From a virus (Duplodnaviria; Caudoviricetes), in IMG/VR virus record IMGVR_UViG_2895060867_000001, positions 776-64,775 of that record: a stretch of 64,000 bases of DNA; one strand, given 5' to 3'. The translations under genes were made by a program, and so were the position numbers. This document shows, in pieces, positions 46,832 to 56,284 of the stretch (positions are counted from its first letter, which is position 1; each line of letters starts with the position of its first letter). Below the pieces are notes generated by a model, which saw only the letters and a program-made list of their open reading frames with translations, was not told where the DNA came from and made no database searches.

Positions 46832-47125
46832 TCATCCCTTCCCGCTTCGAAACGATCCTGCGCGACGCTTCAGCTGCAATTCGATGAACTGCGCGCCGAC
46901 CGTACCAAGCACACTGCCAATGCCAAGCAGCGCCAGCGGCGGAATGTCCGGTATCTGGATGAGTGCGACGCCCGCGATCATCGAAGCACCTGCGCCCAAA
47001 ATCGCGCGGCCGACAATCAGCCGCCACGTCAAAATCTCATCGCTGACGAGCAGCTTCCCTACGCCCATCACAGCGCCCAATACCAAAAGACCCAGAATCG
47101 TCCAGGTAGTCTTGTGGTCGTCCAT
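46832..47125 (-). CDS. Holin
   Basis: 97 aa, 3 TM segments, basic C-tail; unrelated to the prophage 1 holin. Confidence 0.8.
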   Translation of the reverse strand: MDDHKTTWTILGLLVLGAVMGVGKLLVSDEILTWRLIVGRAILGAGASMIAGVALIQIPDIPPLALLGIGSVLGTVGAQFIELQLKRRAGSFRSGKG

Positions 47126-47228
47126 CGATAATTCCCCGCTTACGAAAGAATGACGCCGCCCGCGCGCGTAGATGCGGCAGGCGGCGAGACGAGTGTGTTT
47201 TCTCGTTGACCGTAGCCAGCATGGCGCA

Positions 47229-47438
47229 TCAGGGCGCTGCGTCTGGCCCGGCTGGTTGGATCATCCACAGCCGCGAGCGGGCGTAAGCATCGATTTTGTC
47301 GAGAAACGCGTCGTACCGCGGATCATTGCTTTGAACAACGCCCTGGTGCCGGTACACCTCTGGATCACCGACACCCCCAAGAAGCGCAACGACCTCCTCT
47401 TCGGTTTGGTCAAAAAATTGCACGTAAATCCGTTCCAT
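47229..47438 (-). CDS. Tail fibre assembly-like small protein
   Basis: YVQFFD..V..NDPRY motif directly after the fibre. Confidence 0.6.
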   Translation of the reverse strand: MERIYVQFFDQTEEEVVALLGGVGDPEVYRHQGVVQSNDPRYDAFLDKIDAYARSRLWMIQPAGPDAAP

Positions 47439-47445
47439 AGTCACC

Positions 47446-48453
47446 TCAGAATCGATAGCCAATTACCCCGACTGAGTACGTCGGCGATCCTCCGCCAGAC
47501 ACCCGGCGGCTATAAAGTGTCTGGGTAGCGACAATCGGCACCCAGCCGTTTGCTGTGCGCCCCGTGCCGACAACCGGGAGAAGGCCGTCGCAGACAAGCA
47601 ACGCGCTTCCCAACGCATCTGACGCAACATCGAGTTCCATCGTGATGTTTGCCGTTCCATTTGAAATCGACGAAACGACGTTCACGGCGACCGCCCCCGG
47701 TGCGACAACAGCCCCAACAGGAAAACTCGTAAAGGTGGACTGATTTGTCGTGGTCGAAAGCACATTGACCGCGGCAAACGAAATGTCTCGGTCGCGCAAA
47801 ATGCAAGGGGTGAACTGCCTGGAGGCGTTGGTCAGGAAAATCCCGCGCAGCGACGAAGCCGTGTATCCCGTCGGCATGTTTGCCCCGGGATAGATTTCAG
47901 TAGGGGTGCCCGTCACATTCCAACCGAGCATCGCTTTCGCACCGGTAGCAGGGTTGTAAATGAGATACAACGCCACGAAGCCGGTTGCCGGCGCAGTGCC
48001 CGTGTCCATGCCCCCCGCGCCAGTAGTGGCGAGATTGATCGACGCACTGACACCAGACAGGCAGTATTTGAGACCACCAAGCGCGGACGAGACAACAACC
48101 TCGTCGGCTGTGAATGTCGCGCTCGAAGCAACAGTCGTGATCGTCATTGCCGCGTTACGACTGGCCCCTGCGACGCCGACGGATCGAGCGCTAACGGCCG
48201 CTTTCAGATTCGCAAGAAGCGTGGCCGTCGTGCCGTCGTCGACTGCGTTCTGCCCTGTCGTGTCGACGATCAGTTGCGCCAGAACGGCCGCCATGATGCT
48301 GGACTGCCGCCAGACCTTGTTCACCTGCGCGGACTGGGCCGTTCCCGCCTGAAAGCCTGACGCCAGAAGCGCGCTCAGCGCTGCGTAGTCCGCTTGTGAA
48401 AGTACATTCGCCGAGGCACCGCTAGCGAAAGCCAGGAAATCGTTTGTGGTCAT
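47446..48453 (-). CDS. Tail fibre
   Basis: N-terminal NDFLAFA..ANVLSQADY..GFQAGTAQSAQVNKVWRQSS baseplate-attachment region. Confidence 0.85.
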   Translation of the reverse strand: MTTNDFLAFASGASANVLSQADYAALSALLASGFQAGTAQSAQVNKVWRQSSIMAAVLAQLIVDTTGQNAVDDGTTATLLANLKAAVSARSVGVAGASRNAAMTITTVASSATFTADEVVVSSALGGLKYCLSGVSASINLATTGAGGMDTGTAPATGFVALYLIYNPATGAKAMLGWNVTGTPTEIYPGANMPTGYTASSLRGIFLTNASRQFTPCILRDRDISFAAVNVLSTTTNQSTFTSFPVGAVVAPGAVAVNVVSSISNGTANITMELDVASDALGSALLVCDGLLPVVGTGRTANGWVPIVATQTLYSRRVSGGGSPTYSVGVIGYRF

Positions 48454-48464
48454 GTCTTACCCAT

Positions 48465-48488
48465 AAAAAAAGCCGCCCGAAGGCGGCT
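48465..48488 (-). terminator. Rho-independent terminator
   Basis: AGCCGCC-CGAA-GGCGGCT plus a T-run on the minus strand. Confidence 0.7.
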
Positions 48489-48507
48489 GATGGAACTGAG
48501 AAGTGAA

Positions 48508-49170
48508 TCAGAGCGGTGTTGCCCACGCGCCGACGTCAAAACCGGCGACATACTCGTTCGACACGTCGAACCCGAAAATCGGCGAGTCGTTGACTGACGT
48601 GACGATGTAGAAGTTAATCCGAACGGACTGCGGCTTGATCGGGATATACCCGCCTGACAGCAGCGCGAGAAAAAGGGCCGAAGGAATCTTGCCGGAAATG
48701 CCGACCGTGATCGACATGTCCTGATTGTCCTGAATAAACACGTGGGTGCCGGTGTTGAAAATCTGGCCGAGAATCGCCTTCGATCCCGCCAGCGTTCCAT
48801 CCCAATGGTTCGCGCCGATACGCGCTCGGATGAGAAGCCGGCAGGTCTCGTCATCCAGCGTCGTCAACCCTGTGTCCGGATCGAACGGACCTCTCCATAC
48901 CCCTTGATCGAAGCCTAGCCCCGCCATATCGAACGAGAAGTACACCCCGGACAACGGTGCACGGATGTGGCGGGACACACCCACCCACAGCCCCACGTCG
49001 TCGAGCTGCTTCCCTACAGCGCGGTCCAGATCAAAACGTGCGGGCAGGCTTGAGAGCGCATTCTTCACGTCGACAAAGCACTGCGTGACTGCACGAACCA
49101 TCGCCGCATAGCGCGGCTTGTCCGCATGCTCAGACGTGATCTTTCCGGTGTAATCGGTAATGTCAGCCAT
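48508..49170 (-). CDS. Baseplate wedge protein (DUF2612-like)
   Basis: FDLDRAVGKQLDDVGLWVG..LDDE..R.LIRARI..NHWDGT. Confidence 0.85.
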   Translation of the reverse strand: MADITDYTGKITSEHADKPRYAAMVRAVTQCFVDVKNALSSLPARFDLDRAVGKQLDDVGLWVGVSRHIRAPLSGVYFSFDMAGLGFDQGVWRGPFDPDTGLTTLDDETCRLLIRARIGANHWDGTLAGSKAILGQIFNTGTHVFIQDNQDMSITVGISGKIPSALFLALLSGGYIPIKPQSVRINFYIVTSVNDSPIFGFDVSNEYVAGFDVGAWATPL

Positions 49171-49171
49171 A

Positions 49172-50353
49172 TCAAACCGGTGTCAAAGTGATGCTGGCAG
49201 GCGTGCACGTTGCGGCCTGATTGAACGCAAGTGGCACGTCCGGGGAGCCAGCCCCAGTCGGGCCGCTCAACGTGAGGGATTTGATCTTGAACGTGGTCGC
49301 CCCCGGCACGCTCTTGGCGGCCGCAATGCACGCGTCCCACTCGACGACGCCGGGCGTGCCGCCGCCAATCGCCACAGCGTTGATGTAGTCCGAGATGGCC
49401 TGCTGAACCGACTGACCGATGGCCGTAGTGAACCCGGCAAGGGCGTTGAACTGCACCACCGCTGTCATCGCCTGGGGCACGGGCCGATAGAACCGGATGA
49501 CGATTGGACGCCCGTACACGTCGTTGACGCTGACGGCTGTCGTCCCGTATGTGCCTCCGCCCGGCCCCTTCTTCGCAGCGATCGCATTCGCGATAGCCAT
49601 CGCGTCGCCCCCCTCTACAACCAACGAGATGGTGTGCGGCGGCAACGTGTTCGCGTCAGTGGCATTGGTGTCGTTCTCATAACCGGCGCATCGCGTCACA
49701 CCCTGCACATTGGCCACGGCACCGATCGTCCCCTCGAACACCGTCAGCGACGGAATCGCGGTCGACGTCTTTTGACGAGCACGCAGCGCAGCGTCCGACT
49801 CGACGGGTGCCCCTGTCGTTGCGGACGTCAGGTTCGTCACCGTCTGCCAGCCGCGCGTGGGCGTCACGATTCTGGTGATGGTACCGGCGGGCGCGCCGAC
49901 TGCACCAATCTTCGTGCACGTCACCGTCACCGTCATCTGCCCCGACGGCGGAAGGGTCACGGTCGCCGGGAGGGCCCAGCTAATCTGGTTGGCATCCTGC
50001 ACCAGTCCGTCGGTGATCGTCGTGCCCGCCTGACCGACGAGCAACACGTCACTGGTCGAGTACGACGCCACGTGCCGGGCAATGCCGTTGATTCTCACAT
50101 TGCTCGACAAGGCAGCATCCTGCGCCGTCGCCGGACTGAAGCTGTTGTAAATGGCAAGGCTGACACTGTTGCCGTCGTTGATCGCGGAAGCGATGACAGC
50201 AAGGAACTGGCCATCCTGACTGTCCGGTTCAAGGTAGGCATCCTGACCATAAATCGCGCGAAACTGGGTCTGAAGGAAGTCCAGCACGTCGGCGTAGGTC
50301 GGCGCGTGAATGCCGGTGGCATCGATGGTGGGAGCGGTTGTCGTGATGGTCAC
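49172..50353 (-). CDS. Baseplate J/gp47-like wedge protein
   Basis: SQDGQFLA, GAPVESDAALRARQ, PPHTISLVVEGG. Confidence 0.9.
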   Translation of the reverse strand: MTITTTAPTIDATGIHAPTYADVLDFLQTQFRAIYGQDAYLEPDSQDGQFLAVIASAINDGNSVSLAIYNSFSPATAQDAALSSNVRINGIARHVASYSTSDVLLVGQAGTTITDGLVQDANQISWALPATVTLPPSGQMTVTVTCTKIGAVGAPAGTITRIVTPTRGWQTVTNLTSATTGAPVESDAALRARQKTSTAIPSLTVFEGTIGAVANVQGVTRCAGYENDTNATDANTLPPHTISLVVEGGDAMAIANAIAAKKGPGGGTYGTTAVSVNDVYGRPIVIRFYRPVPQAMTAVVQFNALAGFTTAIGQSVQQAISDYINAVAIGGGTPGVVEWDACIAAAKSVPGATTFKIKSLTLSGPTGAGSPDVPLAFNQAATCTPASITLTPV

Positions 50354-50697
50354 AGCGTTTCCTGTATCGTCGTTGTGCCGTAGATCGTGGTGATCGTTGC
50401 GGTCACTGTCATTGCCCGGGTGTCGGGCGCCAGGCGGCTGGCATAGTCGGTGATCTCGACGACGCCCTGCGTGCCGAGAATGCACGTCCGTATGGCGCTG
50501 TCTGCCGCACCCTGAGTGTGCTTGCCGAGCACTTTGTCCCAAGGCATGCCGACCGTGGTGTCGAGGAACCACTCGCCACGGATCAGTCGCAGGCGAGTCG
50601 CGACAGCTTGCGCCACCGCTTCCGGCGAATTCGCCAGGAATGCGGCGGCCCCGCCGAGGACGTAATCGCCGTCAGCGTCGAGTTTTCGATATCTCAT
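50350..50697 (-). CDS. Sheath initiator / gp46-like baseplate protein
   Basis: MRYRKLDADGDY..RLRLIRGEWFLDTTVGMPW. Confidence 0.85.
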   Translation of the reverse strand: MRYRKLDADGDYVLGGAAAFLANSPEAVAQAVATRLRLIRGEWFLDTTVGMPWDKVLGKHTQGAADSAIRTCILGTQGVVEITDYASRLAPDTRAMTVTATITTIYGTTTIQETL

Positions 50698-50699
50698 GG

Positions 50700-51446
50700 T
50701 CAGTTCACCGTGCCGGAATTACCCGAACCGGGTTGCACGTTGTTGTGTGTATGTGTGTCGTCGACACGCTTGCCGTTAGCCGTGATCTGGCCAATAACAT
50801 TCAGCACGCCGTTAAACACGGCCGCAGCACCACTCGTGGCGCTTCCGACCATGCCACCGATGAACGTCAGCAGGCCGCCAATCGTGACGGCCTTCGAGAA
50901 CGTGGCCAATGGCGTAACGACATCGAGCCCGCCGGGGGCAACGATGCTGACTTTTTTCGTTACCGGATTCAGATCGATGAAGGTTGCGCCATCGTCGCTG
51001 CGCAGTTGCGCCGACGCAGTGCTAACGCCCGAGAGCGCTCGCGGACGCGATCGCGTGCCCAACAGCACAAAACCGTCGGAAAGGTCATGCATACGCGGCT
51101 CCGCCTGCGCTTGCACGCCGCTCGACTGCCACCAGCCATCGATACAGCGTGAGCCAAAGACAATCAGGCATTCGTCGCCCGGGGTGACGGGAAATGTCAG
51201 CGTGCAATTGCCGCCCGCAGGGAACTGGACGGGACAGTCGACCAGCAGGGGCAGTGAGAGCGAACTCTCAGTGCCGTCCGGGCCACGCGCCCGCACCTGG
51301 ATCGCGGGCTGCACGGTGCAGGTCATCGCGACAGCGTCGAACGACTGAATAACGCCCGGAAGCGCAGTCCATACCTCGGACAGCGCGCCGCGCATCGCGA
51401 GCAGCAGCATCTCGTTGGGGTCGCCAACGCGCTCTTGTCGATTCAT
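50700..51446 (-). CDS. Central spike (gp138/gpV-like)
   Basis: TALPGVIQSFD, PVQFPAGG, RMHDLSDG; C-terminal HTH(N) metal-binding tip motif DTHTH. Confidence 0.88.
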   Translation of the reverse strand: MNRQERVGDPNEMLLLAMRGALSEVWTALPGVIQSFDAVAMTCTVQPAIQVRARGPDGTESSLSLPLLVDCPVQFPAGGNCTLTFPVTPGDECLIVFGSRCIDGWWQSSGVQAQAEPRMHDLSDGFVLLGTRSRPRALSGVSTASAQLRSDDGATFIDLNPVTKKVSIVAPGGLDVVTPLATFSKAVTIGGLLTFIGGMVGSATSGAAAVFNGVLNVIGQITANGKRVDDTHTHNNVQPGSGNSGTVN

Positions 51447-51522
51447 GGGGAAACTCGGGGAAAGAAACTAGTTGGCCCGACGTGCCGGACACTCGGTGAG
51501 CAAATCCGGTACGGCGAGTTTG

Positions 51523-52515
51523 CTAACCGTGACTTTTGACCGCGTTCGGAGCGGGTTCCACAGCGCTGAACATCGGGCGATTGAGCAACGCCGATGACCG
51601 GATGACCGTGGGATCGGCCGCGAGACACGTCAGTTCTGTGTACCAGTTGTCGCCCTGCGTATCACCATGGTGTTCGGCAACGGCGACGTAATACAGCTCG
51701 TTCGAAACAAGACGGCTTTTCTGAACGCCCTCGCCGGAGGGTTTGGCGTCCGGCTTGGCACCCGAACGGGCAAGACTCTGCTCGCTCAACTGAATCGCTG
51801 CGTTATCGAGCTGAACGAGCGTGCCGATCTTGATGTTCGGGTTGAGCAGTACCTTCACGGAGATGCCATTCTGCGTTTGCGTCGGCATCCCGAGCATGCC
51901 GGTATCCGCATTGATCACCGGGATCGTGCCAGGCATGTAACTGGTTTCGGGGATGACCACGATCTGACCGTCCTGAATGCTCCAGGTCGTCTGCGTGGCC
52001 CGCGCAACCCCTCGCATGAAATTGCGGGCCATGCCGAAAATCGCCTTACCACGAGGCAACGGGTTCGACTGTAATCCGGCCGTGTACCCCACGCCCACGC
52101 CATACCGCACCATCGACTTCGCGACCGCGTCGAAATGATCCTGTGCGGTCGATCCCGCAGCCAGGGTCGTATTGACGACGGCAAAGTTGTAAGCGGCATC
52201 GCCATCGGCTGCGGTGATTTCCAGCTTCGTGTCGAGCGCACTCTCACGGCCGCGTCGTGTCTGCACCACGGTCCCGTCGAAGATCAGCCCGTAATTGCCC
52301 TTATAGCCCGCCTGAATCACGACGCGCTTGAACTCCTTCTGCACGCGCGTCATCGTGTCCGGGCTCATGTTGAAGACGCGAATGTGCGCGCTGTTCGGCG
52401 TTTGACTATCCCCGCGCTTCACATCGAATGCGAAGCGCAGGTCGGACAGGTCGAGGGCATCGCCGGCCTTCTCGCCGATGATGAGGGACGCCTTTCGGAG
52501 ATATTGGTCGGTCAT
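51523..52515 (-). CDS. Baseplate hub protein
   Basis: PNSAHIRVFN, QAGYKGNYGLIFDG, ADGDAAY, LLNPNIKIG. Confidence 0.85.
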   Translation of the reverse strand: MTDQYLRKASLIIGEKAGDALDLSDLRFAFDVKRGDSQTPNSAHIRVFNMSPDTMTRVQKEFKRVVIQAGYKGNYGLIFDGTVVQTRRGRESALDTKLEITAADGDAAYNFAVVNTTLAAGSTAQDHFDAVAKSMVRYGVGVGYTAGLQSNPLPRGKAIFGMARNFMRGVARATQTTWSIQDGQIVVIPETSYMPGTIPVINADTGMLGMPTQTQNGISVKVLLNPNIKIGTLVQLDNAAIQLSEQSLARSGAKPDAKPSGEGVQKSRLVSNELYYVAVAEHHGDTQGDNWYTELTCLAADPTVIRSSALLNRPMFSAVEPAPNAVKSHG

Positions 52516-52829
52516 CAGTCCGTCACCCAGAAAACATGCGAACCAACACCCAGATCATCGAACGTTGGTGTGTTGTCCGGATGACCCGCACCCTGCACCC
52601 AGAGACGTCCGCCTAGCCCGAGGTAGGCATAAGGCGCCAGCAGATCCGTTCCGGTCACGAGCGGCAGACCACCGAGGATCGGCGCACCATTCGCGTCCGC
52701 GATGTCCAGCATCCATCCGGCGTTATCCGCCGCTCGATACTGCACAGTCAGCGTGTACTCGACGCCCGACAACGTGACGCGAAATGCCTGGGGGGTTGGC
52801 GAGAACGGGATTTCGTAGAAATTGGCCAT
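52515..52829 (-). CDS. Baseplate plug-like protein
   Basis: FRVTLSGVEY..W.LDIADANG.PIL.G.PLVTG.DLL. Confidence 0.75.
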   Translation of the reverse strand: MANFYEIPFSPTPQAFRVTLSGVEYTLTVQYRAADNAGWMLDIADANGAPILGGLPLVTGTDLLAPYAYLGLGGRLWVQGAGHPDNTPTFDDLGVGSHVFWVTD

Positions 52830-52830
52830 G

Positions 52831-53415
52831 TCATTGCGGGGCGACTGAACCGCCCGGTGCCGGCGTTGCCGGAGTTGCCTGCTTCGACCCAACGTTCTGC
52901 GTCTCGGCGGTGCGAGACGGGTCGGCCTGATCGTCGCGAGGCGGCAGTGTTGTCGCCCGCGTCTCCACAATGCGGAGCTGCTGCAACGTTGCCGTGAGCA
53001 TCAGTGCTTCGCTCGTCTTGTCGTTGTGAGTCACACTCAGGCTGGTCAGCAACATCGCGTCGTAATTCCGGCGCGACGTCACCGCACGGAATGGCCTCCG
53101 GCTGGCTTGCAGCGCTAGAAGCTGCGAGTAAACGGTATCGATGTAACCCGACTGCGTTGTCGATCCCTGAGGGAATTGGGAGACCGCGCCCGATGCCTTC
53201 AGCGCCGCATAATCGGCGTTCGACCACCCGCATTTGATCACCACCTTCGGCGGACTCTTGTACGCGTGATCCGTGATCGGCGCGCCCTTTTCCACCGGGA
53301 ACTGAGTGAACATCAAGTCGTCGGTGTACGTCTCTTCGATGGTGACGCCGATCCGGATCTCGTCAAGCGACTTGGGAATGATCGTCATGACATCGAAGAA
53401 TTCGAGGATGTTCAT
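52831..53415 (-). CDS. Baseplate/Dit-like tail tube initiator
   Basis: FPVEKGAPITDHAYKSP..VTSRRNYDAMLLTSL. Confidence 0.8.
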   Translation of the reverse strand: MNILEFFDVMTIIPKSLDEIRIGVTIEETYTDDLMFTQFPVEKGAPITDHAYKSPPKVVIKCGWSNADYAALKASGAVSQFPQGSTTQSGYIDTVYSQLLALQASRRPFRAVTSRRNYDAMLLTSLSVTHNDKTSEALMLTATLQQLRIVETRATTLPPRDDQADPSRTAETQNVGSKQATPATPAPGGSVAPQ

Positions 53416-55160
53416 AACAGTGCACCTTGCAGATTGCGAGTGAGTTCTCGATTGACGCCAGCTTGCTCGTCGCGCACCGCGCGCCCTGTCGCCTGCGGAT
53501 CGCCACCGGATACGTTGATGCTGGTCTGATTGTTCTGCGTGATGATCGTTTGACGCGAGCCACCACCGGCAGTCCCGAGAATGGTGTCCGGCACGAACGG
53601 GTTGCGTCCGTTTTCGGGGCCATTGATTTCCCTCGTCAGACCGGCAATGACATTGGGATCGCCGAAATTAATCGCCGGGTCGTCGCCAACGCCGAGACGC
53701 TTCGCCATTGCGCCGACATACGCACCGGCCTCGTTCCCGGCCAGCGGTGCCCGGCTGATGGCACCACGTACGGCGCTCAGGCCACGACGCGCTTGACCGC
53801 GCAGCAAATCCCCTTTGGCACGCAGGCTGTCGTCGGACATCACGAAGTCGGCAAAATCGTCTGCGACCTTCCCCACCTCCCCCTGTCCGAAGCGGACGTT
53901 GCCCGAGGTGATGTTGTGAGGGCCTCGCGGCGAAACACCGGGCGGCAACACATTCGACGTCGTTCCGTTAGGGTTCGAGACGGTCATGCCGAGTTTTCGT
54001 CGGCGTGCGAGATCTTCCGCCTCGCCTTGATTCAGCCCCTCACTGTGAAACAGCAAGCCGAGCGCGCCTCCGATACGCGCCAGCGGCGCGAATCGACTCA
54101 GCAATCCGGCAGCCCGCCCGCCGACGGCAGCGACTGCACCACCGGCAGCAGCACCACCGACACCACCGGCCCCCGCAAGGCCGCCTATTGTCGCTGCGGC
54201 GCGACCCACGGCGAAAATCGCCTCGGCCATCTTGAAGACACCCCCGACCAACTGAAAGGCACCGAGTGCGCGAAGGACAAACACACCACCGAGAATTTTC
54301 GTCGACCAGCCATCAGTCGACTTGTCGAGATCGACGAACAGGTCGAATAGCCCGCCCACTATCGGCGCGATTGCCTCACCTGCACCAATGACCGCCATCG
54401 CAACATCGCCGACACGCTTCTCGATAAGTGGCCCGTTGCGTTGGAACCAGTCTTGAAACTCATCGAGCTTTGGCCCAAGGCGCTGAATCAAACTGCCCTC
54501 AAGCCGCGTGACGAAACCTTCCCAGACTGCGTCGAGCTCTCGCAGAGAAAGCATGAAGCGGTGCGAGTCTCGCGATGCCCCGTCGAAGTCCGTCTGCGCG
54601 CTCAAATTGCGATATTGCTGCATGGACTGTGCAAACTCGTCCTCACGCATCGCCGACATCAGCCCTGCGTCGATACCGAGAGCACTACCGTACTCACTGG
54701 CGACCTTGGCTGGCTTCTTGGCAAGCTCGCTACCAAGACTGGCCATAATGTCCACGGTGTCGAGCAACTGCCCGTTGGCATCGCGTGTCTGCACACCCAA
54801 ACGCTTGATATAGCTCTCACCGGCGGGATTGCTGCGCATGAAGCGTGCAAGCGCCTCAACGCTGTTGCGCGCCGTCTCGGACGAAACACCCAGATTTTTG
54901 GCCGAGAATTCGAGAGCTTTCAGGTTGGCGACCGTCGCGCCACTGCGCTGTGAGACGAAATACAATCCTTCCATCTTCGACGCAAAGGCAGCGAGGTTTT
55001 CGCCCAATGCAACGGCCGCGCCCTCGATCGCAGCCACCATCCGGACAGCACCTTTGGTCGCACTCTCGACGCCGTCTTTGAATGTCTTCAGGCTTCTCTC
55101 GTCGACCTTGTATCCCAGGGTGACGAGAAAATCCCGGATGACTGTCGGCTCATCAGCCAT
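53412..55160 (-). CDS. Tape measure protein (short) with degenerate lysozyme-like domain
   Basis: TVIRDFLVTLGYKVD N-terminus; C-terminal SGNVR..AKRLGV..ENGRNP. Confidence 0.85.
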   Translation of the reverse strand: MADEPTVIRDFLVTLGYKVDERSLKTFKDGVESATKGAVRMVAAIEGAAVALGENLAAFASKMEGLYFVSQRSGATVANLKALEFSAKNLGVSSETARNSVEALARFMRSNPAGESYIKRLGVQTRDANGQLLDTVDIMASLGSELAKKPAKVASEYGSALGIDAGLMSAMREDEFAQSMQQYRNLSAQTDFDGASRDSHRFMLSLRELDAVWEGFVTRLEGSLIQRLGPKLDEFQDWFQRNGPLIEKRVGDVAMAVIGAGEAIAPIVGGLFDLFVDLDKSTDGWSTKILGGVFVLRALGAFQLVGGVFKMAEAIFAVGRAAATIGGLAGAGGVGGAAAGGAVAAVGGRAAGLLSRFAPLARIGGALGLLFHSEGLNQGEAEDLARRRKLGMTVSNPNGTTSNVLPPGVSPRGPHNITSGNVRFGQGEVGKVADDFADFVMSDDSLRAKGDLLRGQARRGLSAVRGAISRAPLAGNEAGAYVGAMAKRLGVGDDPAINFGDPNVIAGLTREINGPENGRNPFVPDTILGTAGGGSRQTIITQNNQTSINVSGGDPQATGRAVRDEQAGVNRELTRNLQGALL

Positions 55161-55383
55161 TGTCGTTCTCCCTCATGCGCTCGGCTTGTGCGCGGTTGTC
55201 GTTGCGCACAGCCAAGGCATCATTCATCAGGGCCATGTCGTGCAGGCTTAGCGTGCCGTCGAGCAAAGATTCGTACTTGCACATGCCGGCGAGTACCGGC
55301 GCGAGCAACCAATCTTCACTGCCCGGCAGGTGCGCCCACGCTACGCCATCGCCGGTGGGTGACTCGCGGGGCTGGTAAGCCAC
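55153..55383 (-). CDS. Tail assembly chaperone, T part
   Basis: DWLLAPV..GMCKYESLLDGTLSL.D.ALMNDAL; in the -1 frame of G. Confidence 0.75.
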   Translation of the reverse strand: MAYQPRESPTGDGVAWAHLPGSEDWLLAPVLAGMCKYESLLDGTLSLHDMALMNDALAVRNDNRAQAERMRENDNG

Positions 55384-55832
55384 CCGGCAATAAAAGGGCC
55401 GAGACTATCCGCAATGACCTTCACGGACAGCTCGATCATGATCGACAGATCGATGTCGTCGTAGATCGGCAGCTTTGCCGCGGGCGACCAGATCGAAAAC
55501 CAGGCATTCCCCTGGAAGCGCTGCACAACGGCGAGACACTCGCCGATCACGTACTCCGCCTGATCGTCCGGAAGACTGGCCAGACCGTCCGCGAACGGTT
55601 GAAGCAATCGGGGCTGCGACAGCAGCGCGCTGCCATCGCTCCCGGCCGCTTGCGTCACGTTGCCTGCGCCAGCCTGAACCGGCGTATCCCCTTTCGGGGA
55701 CGCCAGTTCCAGCATGATCGGCAGAAGCGCCGGCACCAGCGGCGCGATCTTGCGCGACACGTGCAGTTGCTTCATCGCCGAGAGCTTGCCGATGCGGTAC
55801 TTGACTTGGCGAATCTCGATGTCGGAGGGCAT
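55341..55832 (-). CDS. Tail assembly chaperone G
   Basis: YRIGKLSAMKQLHVSRKIAP; between tube and tape measure. Confidence 0.8.
   Translation of the reverse strand: MPSDIEIRQVKYRIGKLSAMKQLHVSRKIAPLVPALLPIMLELASPKGDTPVQAGAGNVTQAAGSDGSALLSQPRLLQPFADGLASLPDDQAEYVIGECLAVVQRFQGNAWFSIWSPAAKLPIYDDIDLSIMIELSVKVIADSLGPFIAGWLTSPASHPPAMA
55392..55398 (-). other. Candidate -1 frameshift site C-CCT-TTT
   Basis: GGC CCT TTT in the G frame; the -1 frame is open into 55153..55383. Confidence 0.6.
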
Positions 55833-56272
55833 CAGTAAGCCCCCAGAATCGAATCGATCTTGCCCGCGTCGAACGTCCACTCCATCTTGGCCCCGGCCTT
55901 GTCGTAGACCACGTTGGGCTTCTTGGAAAACGCGCAGTCGCGGCAAACATGAAGGTCGCTCGAAGCGGCGTTGGACACCGTAATGATGTTCTTGCCGTGC
56001 AGGGCGCTGCTAAGTGACTGCACGTCGAACGCGGCCTGCAACAGTGCGTTGAGCGGACTGGTCTTCAGCAACGTCACCTTGATCGTGCCGGACTTGTCGG
56101 CGTGCAGCGAGTGCATCACTTCGCCGTCGGCGCCCACCGTCATGGTGTTCTTGCCGCCGCCGGCTTCGATGGAGATACCCTCCTCTGAGCTGGCCGAGCC
56201 CGCGCCAATCGAGAAGGCTGCACCCGGACCCACGATGGCGGCTTGAACGTCTTGAAAGCTGTAAGTGGCCAT
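55832..56272 (-). CDS. Tail tube protein (DUF3277-like)
   Basis: TYSFQDV..EEGISI..MTVGADGEVMHS..TLLKTSP.NA.L. Confidence 0.85.
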   Translation of the reverse strand: MATYSFQDVQAAIVGPGAAFSIGAGSASSEEGISIEAGGGKNTMTVGADGEVMHSLHADKSGTIKVTLLKTSPLNALLQAAFDVQSLSSALHGKNIITVSNAASSDLHVCRDCAFSKKPNVVYDKAGAKMEWTFDAGKIDSILGAY

Positions 56273-56284
56273 ATTTGGCTCCTG

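Noticed and set aside
43933-48453. Diversity-generating retroelement or invertible fibre switch
   Set aside because: No reverse transcriptase, invertase or flanking inverted repeats; fibre homology is too diverged for a TR/VR pair
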